DNA from: an uncultured virus (IMG/VR IMGVR_UViG_3300000117_000017)
Taxonomy: Duplodnaviria > Heunggongvirae > Uroviricota > Caudoviricetes
Direction: 5' to 3' (one strand)
DNA length: 64,000 nucleotides
Virus record (IMG/VR): IMGVR_UViG_3300000117_000017
The notes beneath the pieces were generated by a model that had not been told where the DNA came from, did not search any database, and was given only the letters and a program-made list of their open reading frames with translations. The position numbers and the translations under genes are program-made. Below are positions 28,196 to 38,174 of this stretch, piece by piece. Each line of letters starts with the position of its first letter. Position 1 is the stretch's first letter.

Positions 28196-29179
28196 TTATG
28201 TGTTAAAAGATGAATCGAACTGTGCGTTATCCATTGTCTCAAGAGTAAGTGAGAAATCTGGTGCAGCTGCTTCAGCACTATCACCTAATGCACCAACAAA
28301 GTCTTTTCCTTGGCCACTATCATCAAATGTAAATGAATTAGGCGTAATGATTTCTTCAACGTTTCTATAAAATCCCTGAAGTTGTAAAGCAGTAAGTGAC
28401 TGATATACACTAATTTTTTGGTCAAGGCCTACTCTGATAGATGTTCCATCAGAATCAAGCAGTGCAGTCATTTGTGTAAATGGTACAAATGCTGATCCAA
28501 TTCCAATGCCTTCTAGTACTCTAGATGCACTATCGAGATTTGCTAATGGTGCAGATGCATTTCCTATAGCTTCAGTGTCTGTTACAACACTTCCTGCAAT
28601 GTAAAACCCTGCAGGATGCACAAACTTTTTATATAGTTCTATCCAAGTGGTTTGCGATAATGGGCTTTTTATTAATATAGAATAAACCTGGTATAGCGCA
28701 TTATTTCTAATAAGTTTATTTGATTCTGCACCAATTCTGCTTAGTGGTCCAGCAGAATCATGGCCTACCGTAAATATATCTCTCTTTGGATATTCTACTT
28801 CTGCATTTTGTTGAAAGAAAGCTCTAAAAAATTCTTCAATTGAAAACCTACTACCTTTAGTTCTATGTAATTCGTGTATTCTTTGTGCATAAAAATTAGG
28901 ATCAGTGAAGTTGTCACCAGTGTTGCCTGCAGCTATTTCTGATATCAATGTACTTAAAAGCTTTGAAGGTACTTCTTGAGTATCACGTGTTTGATATATT
29001 TGTCTTAGTTGATTATCAAAGGAACTAACATCATCTGAATCTAAGTAGTCATAATACTTTTCTAAAAAAGTGACGAGCTTTGGAAAATCTTGTGTAAAAA
29101 ATTCAGGTAAAGCATCACGTACTTTTCTATGGATAAAGTTACGTGGTCTACGATTTTGATGATATTTAATTTCAGCCAT
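28196..29179 (-). CDS. Baseplate wedge gp7-like (short form)
   Basis: LPEFF...FLEKYY, TKGS..SIE.FFR.FF, YQVYSILIKS, VHPAGF; follows gp6. Confidence 0.65.
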   Translation of the reverse strand: MAEIKYHQNRRPRNFIHRKVRDALPEFFTQDFPKLVTFLEKYYDYLDSDDVSSFDNQLRQIYQTRDTQEVPSKLLSTLISEIAAGNTGDNFTDPNFYAQRIHELHRTKGSRFSIEEFFRAFFQQNAEVEYPKRDIFTVGHDSAGPLSRIGAESNKLIRNNALYQVYSILIKSPLSQTTWIELYKKFVHPAGFYIAGSVVTDTEAIGNASAPLANLDSASRVLEGIGIGSAFVPFTQMTALLDSDGTSIRVGLDQKISVYQSLTALQLQGFYRNVEEIITPNSFTFDDSGQGKDFVGALGDSAEAAAPDFSLTLETMDNAQFDSSFNT

Positions 29180-31035
29180 TAGTAACTCGAACTCGTTGTG
29201 CTATTAGAACTTCCACCCAGAGAAACTTGAGTTTCTTGATAGTCAAGTACCGCAGATGCCTTTGAAGCTGCAGCATCAATATCTAAAACAGTAGCTCTCA
29301 GTGGTCGTATTGTACTTTGATTTGCAGGTGTGGCTGAGAATTTAATTGCATCTCCTGAAAAACTTGTAGGATTGAATCCAACTAAATCAACTCTTCCAGC
29401 TACAGTATTGTAAGAACCTATGTTATCAACTGCTACTACTCCATCGGTGTTTACTATCTGTAAAACATTAGAGTTTAGCCTATTTTCAATTGTACATTCT
29501 CTTGAATTGAAAATAAATCTTGAAGATGTTATAATTTTAAATGTATCATTTGATGCAGCCAATGCTACAGGAAATGTTATATTATAATTTTTAGCTATGC
29601 CTACAGATGGTATCAACTTTTGTTGAACTTTTATTGTCATTTTTGTGTTTAATATAGCTTCGTCTATATCATCAATAATAGTTAATAAATTTGATCTTCT
29701 AAACACACTTCCAAATTTTTTTAAGTTATTTGCAAAGAATGTATTGATGTTTGTTTGTATTAAATCTTGTGTAGCACCTGACGTACTACTAGTTAAATCC
29801 GGATCAAAATTAAATGTAGTAGTTAATTCTAAAAATGTAGTTTGTGGATCTATAAACACCGTATCGATACTAGCAACTGCAAAATTATCCGTTAACTCAC
29901 TTATGATTCGCGTTTTAACGTCTAACTGAGTTGCATCATCAACATCTGATTTAAATTTTGTTGACACGTACACTCTACCGTAAACAGGAGGATCGTTGTC
30001 TGCTCCGCCCCAAGATGTAACATCATCGATGTATGATCCATAATTAGTTAAAATTTGTGCAGTGTAATCTTCAGCTGTTACCATTCGTCTTTGAGATGTA
30101 AAATATAAAGGAGCATTTTGTCTGATTGATTCTATGCCTTCTCTAAATGATCCACCAGCTGCAGCCGATGTAGTAGTACTTACAACATTAACACCACTCA
30201 CTTGTGCTGTTGTTGAAAAGATACTTGCTCCGTTAGCATCAGGTCCTTTTGTAGATAAGTAATCTATTACAATTTTATTACCTGCTTCTGGAGCTTTTCC
30301 TGTGCTTATACCATCTCCAAATATTACTTCATAATACCCGTTAGGTACTTCTTTAATTTGATAATGTGTGGAAGCAGCAGTTATTCTAGTTGCCTCTTTA
30401 ATGTTAGTGTAAGTATCAAAGGTAGAACCACCTGCATCATCAAATACTCTAACACGTATTGTAGTCGTATCCATAGTTAAATCAGGTATGACATATATCT
30501 GTGAATCAGTTGTGTCGCCTACAAAGAATGTTTTTGTTTTTTCTATTCCTTCATAAATTGGAATATCCGATAAGCCTTGAGATGTTTTAAATATGTATGT
30601 TCCTGACGAATTAGGCACTGCAGTATATGCTTCTCTTGTTTGAAAAGTATAACTAACACTGTCTATTGAAGTGGTGAATTGTGTATTTCTTGGTAAAGTA
30701 ATAAGGCTCGGTCTGTTAGCAGCATCTGCTATAGTGATGGTGATTGCAAGTTTAGCTAGTGATGAAGCATAAGATCTTGGAACATAACCTAAAGCTTCTG
30801 CATGAGATATAATAGAACTTCTTAATTGTGCAGTATTTAAAAAACTTTCATTAAGTGCAAAGTTAGTTGTCAATCCATTAAAGTGTGTATTGTAAGCTAA
30901 TACATCTAGTATGTTACTTAAACCAGAAGCTTCAAAATCATAATCAGCAAATTCACTTTGTCTTTTAAAGTAATCTTTAAGTCGTGTTTTGATACTATCG
31001 AAATCGAGATCTGTTGATGTTATTGTTGTTGCCAT
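29179..31035 (-). CDS. gp6: Baseplate wedge subunit gp6
   Basis: LDFD.IK..LK, DYDFEASGLS.ILDVLAYNTH, SQRRMVTAEDY, WGG.DNDPP.YG.V. Confidence 0.92.
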   Translation of the reverse strand: MATTITSTDLDFDSIKTRLKDYFKRQSEFADYDFEASGLSNILDVLAYNTHFNGLTTNFALNESFLNTAQLRSSIISHAEALGYVPRSYASSLAKLAITITIADAANRPSLITLPRNTQFTTSIDSVSYTFQTREAYTAVPNSSGTYIFKTSQGLSDIPIYEGIEKTKTFFVGDTTDSQIYVIPDLTMDTTTIRVRVFDDAGGSTFDTYTNIKEATRITAASTHYQIKEVPNGYYEVIFGDGISTGKAPEAGNKIVIDYLSTKGPDANGASIFSTTAQVSGVNVVSTTTSAAAGGSFREGIESIRQNAPLYFTSQRRMVTAEDYTAQILTNYGSYIDDVTSWGGADNDPPVYGRVYVSTKFKSDVDDATQLDVKTRIISELTDNFAVASIDTVFIDPQTTFLELTTTFNFDPDLTSSTSGATQDLIQTNINTFFANNLKKFGSVFRRSNLLTIIDDIDEAILNTKMTIKVQQKLIPSVGIAKNYNITFPVALAASNDTFKIITSSRFIFNSRECTIENRLNSNVLQIVNTDGVVAVDNIGSYNTVAGRVDLVGFNPTSFSGDAIKFSATPANQSTIRPLRATVLDIDAAASKASAVLDYQETQVSLGGSSNSTTSSSY

Positions 31036-31509
31036 TTATCTTAACCTTGTTAAATTTAATTCTACTGAATCTTGTTGTAAAGTAGCTACTATTAAAAAAT
31101 TTACTTTAACTCTTACTTCGTGCATATCTGGACTTACTACGCTCGTAATATTTATTACTCGAGCTCTCGGTTCAAACGCTTCAATGGCGCTTGCAATATC
31201 ACTCTCTAAATTTACATCATCTATTTCAGTGCTCAATCTAAACAGCATGGCAGAAAGGTTACCACCAAACCTATGCATAAAAGGTCTTTCAGTAAAATTA
31301 GTTAATAGTAAATTTCTCACTGCTTGTTTTACAGCGGCTCCACTTGTTTTTTTAAAAACATCTGCAGGTAAATTTATGCCATCACTATCTAATCCTATAA
31401 ATTTTGCAGCAAATGATAGATCAATATCTTGATCAACACGTTTTCGCGAAACAGCTATAGTGTTTTTATTAAGATTTCCATCTTCATTCGAAAAAACTCT
31501 TGTAGGCAT
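31036..31509 (-). CDS. gp25: Baseplate wedge subunit gp25
   Basis: AVKQAVRNLLLT...ERPF...FG, IEAFEPR, L.RLR. Confidence 0.85.
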   Translation of the reverse strand: MPTRVFSNEDGNLNKNTIAVSRKRVDQDIDLSFAAKFIGLDSDGINLPADVFKKTSGAAVKQAVRNLLLTNFTERPFMHRFGGNLSAMLFRLSTEIDDVNLESDIASAIEAFEPRARVINITSVVSPDMHEVRVKVNFLIVATLQQDSVELNLTRLR

Positions 31510-31532
31510 TCTGTTTCCTTAAGTATTTGTTC

Positions 31533-31540
31533 TATTTATA
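31533..31540 (-). promoter_or_regulatory. T4-type late promoter TATAAATA
   Basis: Intergenic exact consensus upstream of gp25. Confidence 0.8.
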
Positions 31541-31550
31541 CATAAAAACA

Positions 31551-32501
31551 TCAGTAATTTCCTAAGCCTGCAGATGATGAGCCGGAACTAGTTCCACCAC
31601 TTGAAGAAGTACTTACTTCATTAGAAGGATATAGTGTGTATATATTTGCATTATAATCTGACTTAGCATGATTTTGATTTGATAGAGGCATATAGAATTC
31701 TATTTCCGGATATTCTGTAAATGTGTGCTTGTGGAATGATTCACCAACTTTACTACTATCTAAATAAATCGGATAGAAATAACCTTTTTGGTCTGATGTA
31801 CTTCCAAAATTACTTGTACCATAAACTGCATAAGGTTTAGATTCATCTAATGGCTGTGGTGCAGATGAAGTTGTTGTTTCTTCTTCACCAACTTCTAAAA
31901 ATTCACCTGTGGCTTGAACAGCATTATTAAATCTTGTTTCAATAACTTCATTATATGTTACATTCCATGGTGCTATTATTTCAGGCATGATTAGCACTAT
32001 ATCAACATGCAATCTACCATTTGTATTGTAGCTGTCATAGTTTAATATTATCTTATCATAATCTATATTATTTTTAAGATAAACCGCAAGATCGAATGTT
32101 TTATCAAATGCTATTTCTCCATCATCACCAATCAATTCATACACTACAGCTCTTCCATTTGTTTTTAAGTAATTTATACCATCTGTTACATCTAAATCTT
32201 CGTTTGGCCCTTCTCTATAAAAACCTTCAGATACTACTAATCTAAAATTTTCAAAACCTTTTGCACCTCGTAAACCCGGTGATGAATTTATTGATTGCAT
32301 TACTTGAGCATGTAAGTAATATTGTTTAGCTAATAACAGTTTATCAGGAGTTGCTAAATGATTTAAACTACTAGGATCACTGTAACTACCTAAAAATTTA
32401 GATAGTGTAATACTATGTGCTAATCGTGTACGTCCTGTTATTTCAGATTGAAAAGTTGGATCGTATTGAGAATCAGGTAATATATCTTGTGTACGTGCCA
32501 T
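31551..32501 (-). CDS. Hypothetical baseplate-hub-region protein
   Basis: 316-aa ORF coupled to the gp5C-like gene. Confidence 0.55.
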   Translation of the reverse strand: MARTQDILPDSQYDPTFQSEITGRTRLAHSITLSKFLGSYSDPSSLNHLATPDKLLLAKQYYLHAQVMQSINSSPGLRGAKGFENFRLVVSEGFYREGPNEDLDVTDGINYLKTNGRAVVYELIGDDGEIAFDKTFDLAVYLKNNIDYDKIILNYDSYNTNGRLHVDIVLIMPEIIAPWNVTYNEVIETRFNNAVQATGEFLEVGEEETTTSSAPQPLDESKPYAVYGTSNFGSTSDQKGYFYPIYLDSSKVGESFHKHTFTEYPEIEFYMPLSNQNHAKSDYNANIYTLYPSNEVSTSSSGGTSSGSSSAGLGNY

Positions 32502-33871
32502 TATGTGTTGTATACTTTCGATTTAGGATTAGAAGGTCCCATAGGTTCATTTCCTCTTTGTGATTTATCTTTAATACTTACAGACTTTCCAAATTTTGGT
32601 GGAATAGTATTTGCAAAATCTTTTGAAACCAATCCTTCTGATATAACCTCACCAACAAATGTTTCATTAGCAAGAGTCTTAGGATCACGTAACTTTGATC
32701 GAGTAGATTTTGCATTCAAATCAGTCACGGTTATTCCGCCATAGTTTCTACTTCTATCAACTGTAAATTTTAAATCATCAAACGTATCTATTTCAACTTG
32801 TCTAACACCATATTCTGGATTAGCTAACGCAGAATTTATTTCAGTTGATGTTGGTCTTGCTGTTTGAACAGTATCAGTTGCAGTGTTTGTTGGAGCTGAT
32901 GCAGATCCGCTTGCGCCGATAGCTCCTGCTGTTCCAGATTTTTGAGCTTCAACTGCTTTATCAGCTGTGCCTTTAACATCACCATGAAATGTTGGTGCAG
33001 TTACACCATTAGTAAAAGTTGATGATTTGCCGAATATATTTTGTGAATAAAAAGTTACTTGATCGCCACCTATTGTTCCAGTGTTTCCAACTGCAGTTAA
33101 ACTTGTTGCAGTAATGTTTATATCTGGTGAAGATGTAATTATCTTTTGTTCACTTGTCATAACTAATTGTCCGCCAGCATCTAATTCAATTATGCCTTGA
33201 ACATTGTTTTCATAATTACCTTTAACTATTTGGTTTTTATCACTTAAGACTGTTTGTGTATCTGTACCTAAAACCGTTTCAGCTTTGTTTTGACCTATGT
33301 CTGTAGTTTTATTTTTAGTGACGCTTTGTATTGAATTACTTTTTATTATTTCTTCTTTATCACCTACAACGTTTACATTAAAATCACCACCAACTTCTAA
33401 ATCAAAATCACCTGCAACTTTCATTTTTAAATTACCATTATATACTACTTCACCATCGCCTTCAACTATGACTTTTTCATTGGCCGCTACAATTCTTAAT
33501 GCATTATTTGTAGAACTATAAATTACAGTTCCGTCTGCACGCATCTCTACGCCTGAACCAGTTCTATGTCGAATCATAACTCTTTCACGGCCATTAGTAT
33601 CATCATATTCTATTATATGACCTGATGCAGTTTCTTTGACTTGATTTTCTGGATATTGTGTAGAAGGCTCATCATTTAATTCTAAATCAACACCAGGCAC
33701 ACTTCCACCAATATACACATTTGCAACACGTGTACCACGTGCAATATTGTTTACTCCAGAAACACCTACGTATTCTTTCCTAGGAAATCTTTTATCTGGG
33801 TCTGATCTTCCATCATCTGGATTTTTTATAGATTCAAATTCTCTAGGATCTATATCATCAATTTCAGCCAT
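32501..33871 (-). CDS. gp5 C-terminal (beta-helix needle)-like protein
   Basis: YPENQV.ET.SGHIIEYDDT.G.ER..IRHRTGS followed by VxGD repeats. Confidence 0.8.
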   Translation of the reverse strand: MAEIDDIDPREFESIKNPDDGRSDPDKRFPRKEYVGVSGVNNIARGTRVANVYIGGSVPGVDLELNDEPSTQYPENQVKETASGHIIEYDDTNGRERVMIRHRTGSGVEMRADGTVIYSSTNNALRIVAANEKVIVEGDGEVVYNGNLKMKVAGDFDLEVGGDFNVNVVGDKEEIIKSNSIQSVTKNKTTDIGQNKAETVLGTDTQTVLSDKNQIVKGNYENNVQGIIELDAGGQLVMTSEQKIITSSPDINITATSLTAVGNTGTIGGDQVTFYSQNIFGKSSTFTNGVTAPTFHGDVKGTADKAVEAQKSGTAGAIGASGSASAPTNTATDTVQTARPTSTEINSALANPEYGVRQVEIDTFDDLKFTVDRSRNYGGITVTDLNAKSTRSKLRDPKTLANETFVGEVISEGLVSKDFANTIPPKFGKSVSIKDKSQRGNEPMGPSNPKSKVYNT

Positions 33872-35973
33872 TAAGTACTCCTATTTTGTTTTAAAGTAGA
33901 ACCAAGAGTTTTAACACTATTTGCATCTGTATTAACTTTGTTAACAATATTATTAATCAACTTATTGTTTTCTTTCATTTTAGCTTGAGCTGCTTTGTAA
34001 TCTGTGTCGAAATTTGCTTTTAAATCTCCATCAGGTAAATTTTCAGCACCAAATTTATCACTTATTGCATTTTTGCTATCACCGTTTAAAGATGCTAACG
34101 CAGCACCTGCTTTCTTAAACATTCCATTAATATCGTTATTAAATCTTTTACTTTCTGCAAGATCCGTAATAGTTTTATTTGCCTCTGCATAAGATACAGG
34201 TTTTTGTATTGTTGATGATGTTTTAGCAATAGTTGCAGGTCTTGTTACTGCCGTTTGAAGCTTCGGTGGAAACTCATCAAGATCAGTAAGATCGTCATAC
34301 CTATACACAAATCTATATTTAGATTTTACATTTTGTCTTACATCAAAAGTATTTACTACACGATCACTTGCTTCACTTGTACCATATACACCACAATCTG
34401 GAAATACTGTAAACCAAGCTTTTAAAAATCTATCATATGTTTCAAATTGTTTAGCGTTAGGAGGTGATCCGCCAGAAAGTATACTTAGTTGTGCACCAGT
34501 TTTATAAAATCTTGGATATGCTATAGGTGTACGAGTTTTATCTATTGGTCTTCCTCTCTGTAAACTTCCATCTGTTAAAATTAAATAATGAGAGTTTATT
34601 CCATATTCGTTAGGTCTTATTGATATTCTTTCAAGTGCGGTTTCTGCTGCAGTTTTACCGTCAGCAGCTGTATTTGTATTTTCGATTTCTCTTGTTAATA
34701 CACGTAATTGGGCTTTTTTAACTCTTTCTTGCATATCTTTAGCATTAGCTTTTTCTGGAAGACCGGTGTATTTTTTAGGTTCATGAATAAACAATCCTCC
34801 TATAAAATCATCACCATCATTCTTTGGACCTCTATTACAATTTTTAAATTCTGTGATTAATTCTTCTACGGAACTAACGAAAGTAAATTCATAACTTTCA
34901 GGTGTTGCGTATCCAGCAAATGCATTTTGATCTTGCAATACATATGATATTTTCGGTGTACTAACACTTACTAAGTTTCCTCTACTCATGTAATCAGCTA
35001 CATTAGTTTGACTTCCACCAGATTCAATTAAATCTAAAGCGGCACCAGCAATTCCAGATATTCCATTTTTAATATCACCAAATGCACTTGATACTTTATT
35101 CAACAAACCAGCTACAAATTGCGCACCTAAATTTTGTTTACTTCTACCTAATCCAGAAAATGCTGCAAGTGGATTTAAGTTAAAGCCTGCTGAATTCAAT
35201 TTGTCTTTTAATTTATCTTTATAAATCTTGGATGAAGTTTGCACAGCAACTGTTGAAGGATTGTTTTCTGGTTTTAAAGATTCAATAGTCCTTGATGGAC
35301 TTATAGAAACATTTGATGCATATGTTCTTATTTTCTCTGGAGAAAGATTTGAAAAGTTTTTTTGCATTTGTTTAAGTAAAGATGCTGGAGATCCACTAGT
35401 AACTATTTTTTTCAATGAACCTGAAGCTGCAGGTGCAACACCGAATATACTCGTGAGTTGAGATGCATTAGTAGTATTTAATGTTAAACTTCCATCACCC
35501 GCTGATCCTGTTAGTTTAACTGGCATTGCTCTTTTAGTTATTGTTTCGCTTTCTTTAGCAAATGGTGTTAAAGATTTAAATCCATTGACTTCTTTTAAAT
35601 TACCAATGGTTGTACCTTCGTTACTAATTTTATTAGTTTGTGTATTTTCTAATTTTGTAGAAAAGAAAGGTTGATTGTTTTTAGCAGCTCGATTAACATC
35701 TTCTTTTGTAATCAACTGACCAAACTGATCTCTTTGTGCAAAACCAGTTTCTGAAAATGAAACTTCAACTTTATCAACTGCACGGATTAAATTTATTATA
35801 CCTGCAACTTCATTATACTTATATAAACCATCAAGATCTTGATACTGAGGACTTTTTAAACCTAAAACTTTAATTTGTTCTGGAGTATAATCAAGTCTAC
35901 TTCTTACACTATGAAGAAGAGCTCCAGGAGGTATTTGAAGCTTATTAGAATTTAAAAATATTTTAGTTGCCAT
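33871..35973 (-). CDS. Hub-associated protein with degenerate amidase_2/PGRP-like domain
   Basis: FIH...GINSHYLILTDGSLQRGRP...NAKQFE resembles N-acetylmuramoyl-L-alanine amidase motifs. Confidence 0.5.
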   Translation of the reverse strand: MATKIFLNSNKLQIPPGALLHSVRSRLDYTPEQIKVLGLKSPQYQDLDGLYKYNEVAGIINLIRAVDKVEVSFSETGFAQRDQFGQLITKEDVNRAAKNNQPFFSTKLENTQTNKISNEGTTIGNLKEVNGFKSLTPFAKESETITKRAMPVKLTGSAGDGSLTLNTTNASQLTSIFGVAPAASGSLKKIVTSGSPASLLKQMQKNFSNLSPEKIRTYASNVSISPSRTIESLKPENNPSTVAVQTSSKIYKDKLKDKLNSAGFNLNPLAAFSGLGRSKQNLGAQFVAGLLNKVSSAFGDIKNGISGIAGAALDLIESGGSQTNVADYMSRGNLVSVSTPKISYVLQDQNAFAGYATPESYEFTFVSSVEELITEFKNCNRGPKNDGDDFIGGLFIHEPKKYTGLPEKANAKDMQERVKKAQLRVLTREIENTNTAADGKTAAETALERISIRPNEYGINSHYLILTDGSLQRGRPIDKTRTPIAYPRFYKTGAQLSILSGGSPPNAKQFETYDRFLKAWFTVFPDCGVYGTSEASDRVVNTFDVRQNVKSKYRFVYRYDDLTDLDEFPPKLQTAVTRPATIAKTSSTIQKPVSYAEANKTITDLAESKRFNNDINGMFKKAGAALASLNGDSKNAISDKFGAENLPDGDLKANFDTDYKAAQAKMKENNKLINNIVNKVNTDANSVKTLGSTLKQNRST

Positions 35974-36824
35974 TATACGTTCACCAATTTATCGAATACT
36001 TCTTTTGCGTAGCTTATTCTTTTTTCTGTATGTGCAAATTGTTTATTAGGTCTTTCATAATTATCTTGAAATAATTCTGCTGCTCTTTTGACTGTAGTTG
36101 ATTTTCTTAATGGGCCATCACCTAGGTAGTTAAATGTTTCTAACTCGTACTTAGTAAATAATAACTGTGCGCCTAGTGTTAAATGATCTAAACCTAAGTT
36201 AGCTGAATATTCTCTTAGTTGACCTAGTCTATTACCGGCTGCTTGCGCTGGATTCCATTGTGCTATTCCAACTGAACCTTCGCCTTGAAATCCTGATACT
36301 GTTGTTGGATCCAGTGATGGACCACATTCTACACAAAAGTTACCTATAATACCACAAGCTTGTTCTACAGTATAATCACCACCTTCTTCTGAAACAAAGA
36401 AATTAAATGCTTTTTCAATGTTAGTGTTTCCATCTAAATCCAAGTCTATATTCCCTATTCCAGATTTTTTATTAAACGATGGATATGATGGATCAGCATC
36501 ACCGCTTTGGTTTGCATAAGTTTCTATCTTAGGTATTGACCCTATAACTAAAGGCAATTGCGAATTTCTTCCATCTAAAAATATACCATACACCTGCGCT
36601 CTTGGTTTTAAACTACTATTAGCGCCTAAACCCGAACTACCGCCTTCTGTTACAGGTATTGCGACTTGTGCCCAAGGTAAGTCTACATTAGGTATTAATG
36701 TAGTATCTGGAGTATGTATACCTTGTATACGAACTTTAACTCTATCGAGTTTAAGTGGATCATTTACATCTATAACTAATCCTATAAACCATCTATTGTG
36801 ATCACCATAAAAGATTTGACTCAT
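35973..36824 (-). CDS. gp5: gp5 N-terminal OB domain fused to phage tail lysozyme domain
   Basis: WFIG.V.DVNDPLKL.RVKVRI.G.H, LPWA, G.FLDG..SQ.P.VIGS; then GIIGNF.VE, GIAQW, F...YERP. Confidence 0.8.
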   Translation of the reverse strand: MSQIFYGDHNRWFIGLVIDVNDPLKLDRVKVRIQGIHTPDTTLIPNVDLPWAQVAIPVTEGGSSGLGANSSLKPRAQVYGIFLDGRNSQLPLVIGSIPKIETYANQSGDADPSYPSFNKKSGIGNIDLDLDGNTNIEKAFNFFVSEEGGDYTVEQACGIIGNFCVECGPSLDPTTVSGFQGEGSVGIAQWNPAQAAGNRLGQLREYSANLGLDHLTLGAQLLFTKYELETFNYLGDGPLRKSTTVKRAAELFQDNYERPNKQFAHTEKRISYAKEVFDKLVNV

Positions 36825-38173
36825 AATGAAAAATCCTCTTCTAACGAAGCAAGTCTACCACACAGCAACGTAGTATTGTAAAAAGATTCAAATGCGTGTT
36901 TTGCTGAAACAATTACATAATCACCTGATTTTTTAGTATCAAATTTTATTATGTCGCTCCCTTGTGCTGAGCTTTCATTATCTACAAATAATATTCTTAT
37001 AATTTTTCCTATCGTATAGTTTTCATCTCCAGTTAAAAACTCTCTGCCTTTTACAGTTATTTCAATAGGTGATTTACTTAAAAACGATTTTAAAGCTCCT
37101 GATATTATTTTCTTTTTATGATTTCCTGCATTGTCATCATCGTGTAAACTTTTAAAATTTTGTAGTCCATTTACATATGCACCTGATTGTGATATCTGTG
37201 TTATAGATCTGGCGTTATATGTGGAAATATTTTTATCATTTAACTTATATTCAGGTGCATATACATATCTTTCGTTTCTACCACCTAATAAATTATTAGA
37301 AGCTAGTTCTTGAAACACGTCTTCTACATCAAACTTAACTCTGTATGGCACTGCTGTCATAGTATTATAAAAATAGTATTCTGCTCCAACAAACCCGTCG
37401 TCTATAAGTGAATGTAGATTTTCTGTGTCTGCTATTTTAAAATTTAAAATATTATAATGTTTAGCATTACTGATAGCGTTTGTAGCTAAGCTAGGTGCGT
37501 ATATAAACGGAGTTGCAGTGTTAATTACTTGATCTTCTAATATTGAACCTAAATCTCTCATTATTAAATTATCAGTTCCTAATACTGAATACAAATAATA
37601 CGGCATACCAGTTTGACTTAATGCTCGTGATTTTAACCAATTGCTTGCTTCTATAGGATTTAAATTTGGTATTATAACTTTTAAATTACTTATTAACTCA
37701 TCACCTAAAACTAAAAGTTCTCTATCAAGGTATTCACTCATAATTTTACTAATGATAGAGCCTGGACTACCAGTGTAAGACCTACTTATATTTTGTAATG
37801 ACGATTTAAATGTATGATATTCTATGCAATGAATCATAACAGAATCTGAAGCTTCATCGATTTTTACAATTTTTTCTATTCTATCAATTAAAAATTCTTT
37901 TGTAATAAAAGATCCTTCATTAATCTCTTCAGCTTGAGTTAGTGATAGTGTTAACTTTTCTCCACCTTGGAAGTCTATATCTTGAACTATATTGTTAGTA
38001 TCTACAAAAACAACCTCAGCCGTTAAGTACGAATTATCGATATGTTCGAATATCTGAAATGAAGATATTAGTCTTTTAACATCAGCTTCAAAATTAGGAG
38101 ATCGATCACTGTTGGTTATAACCGCAGATATTATTTGATAGTCAGTTTGAGCATCAATTGCAAATTCAGACAC
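36821..38173 (-). CDS. Baseplate hub protein (gp27-like)
   Basis: Position between gp53 and gp5; FQIFEHI, SG.YVI...KH.F motifs. Confidence 0.6.
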   Translation of the reverse strand: MSEFAIDAQTDYQIISAVITNSDRSPNFEADVKRLISSFQIFEHIDNSYLTAEVVFVDTNNIVQDIDFQGGEKLTLSLTQAEEINEGSFITKEFLIDRIEKIVKIDEASDSVMIHCIEYHTFKSSLQNISRSYTGSPGSIISKIMSEYLDRELLVLGDELISNLKVIIPNLNPIEASNWLKSRALSQTGMPYYLYSVLGTDNLIMRDLGSILEDQVINTATPFIYAPSLATNAISNAKHYNILNFKIADTENLHSLIDDGFVGAEYYFYNTMTAVPYRVKFDVEDVFQELASNNLLGGRNERYVYAPEYKLNDKNISTYNARSITQISQSGAYVNGLQNFKSLHDDDNAGNHKKKIISGALKSFLSKSPIEITVKGREFLTGDENYTIGKIIRILFVDNESSAQGSDIIKFDTKKSGDYVIVSAKHAFESFYNTTLLCGRLASLEEDFSL

Positions 38174-38174
38174 A

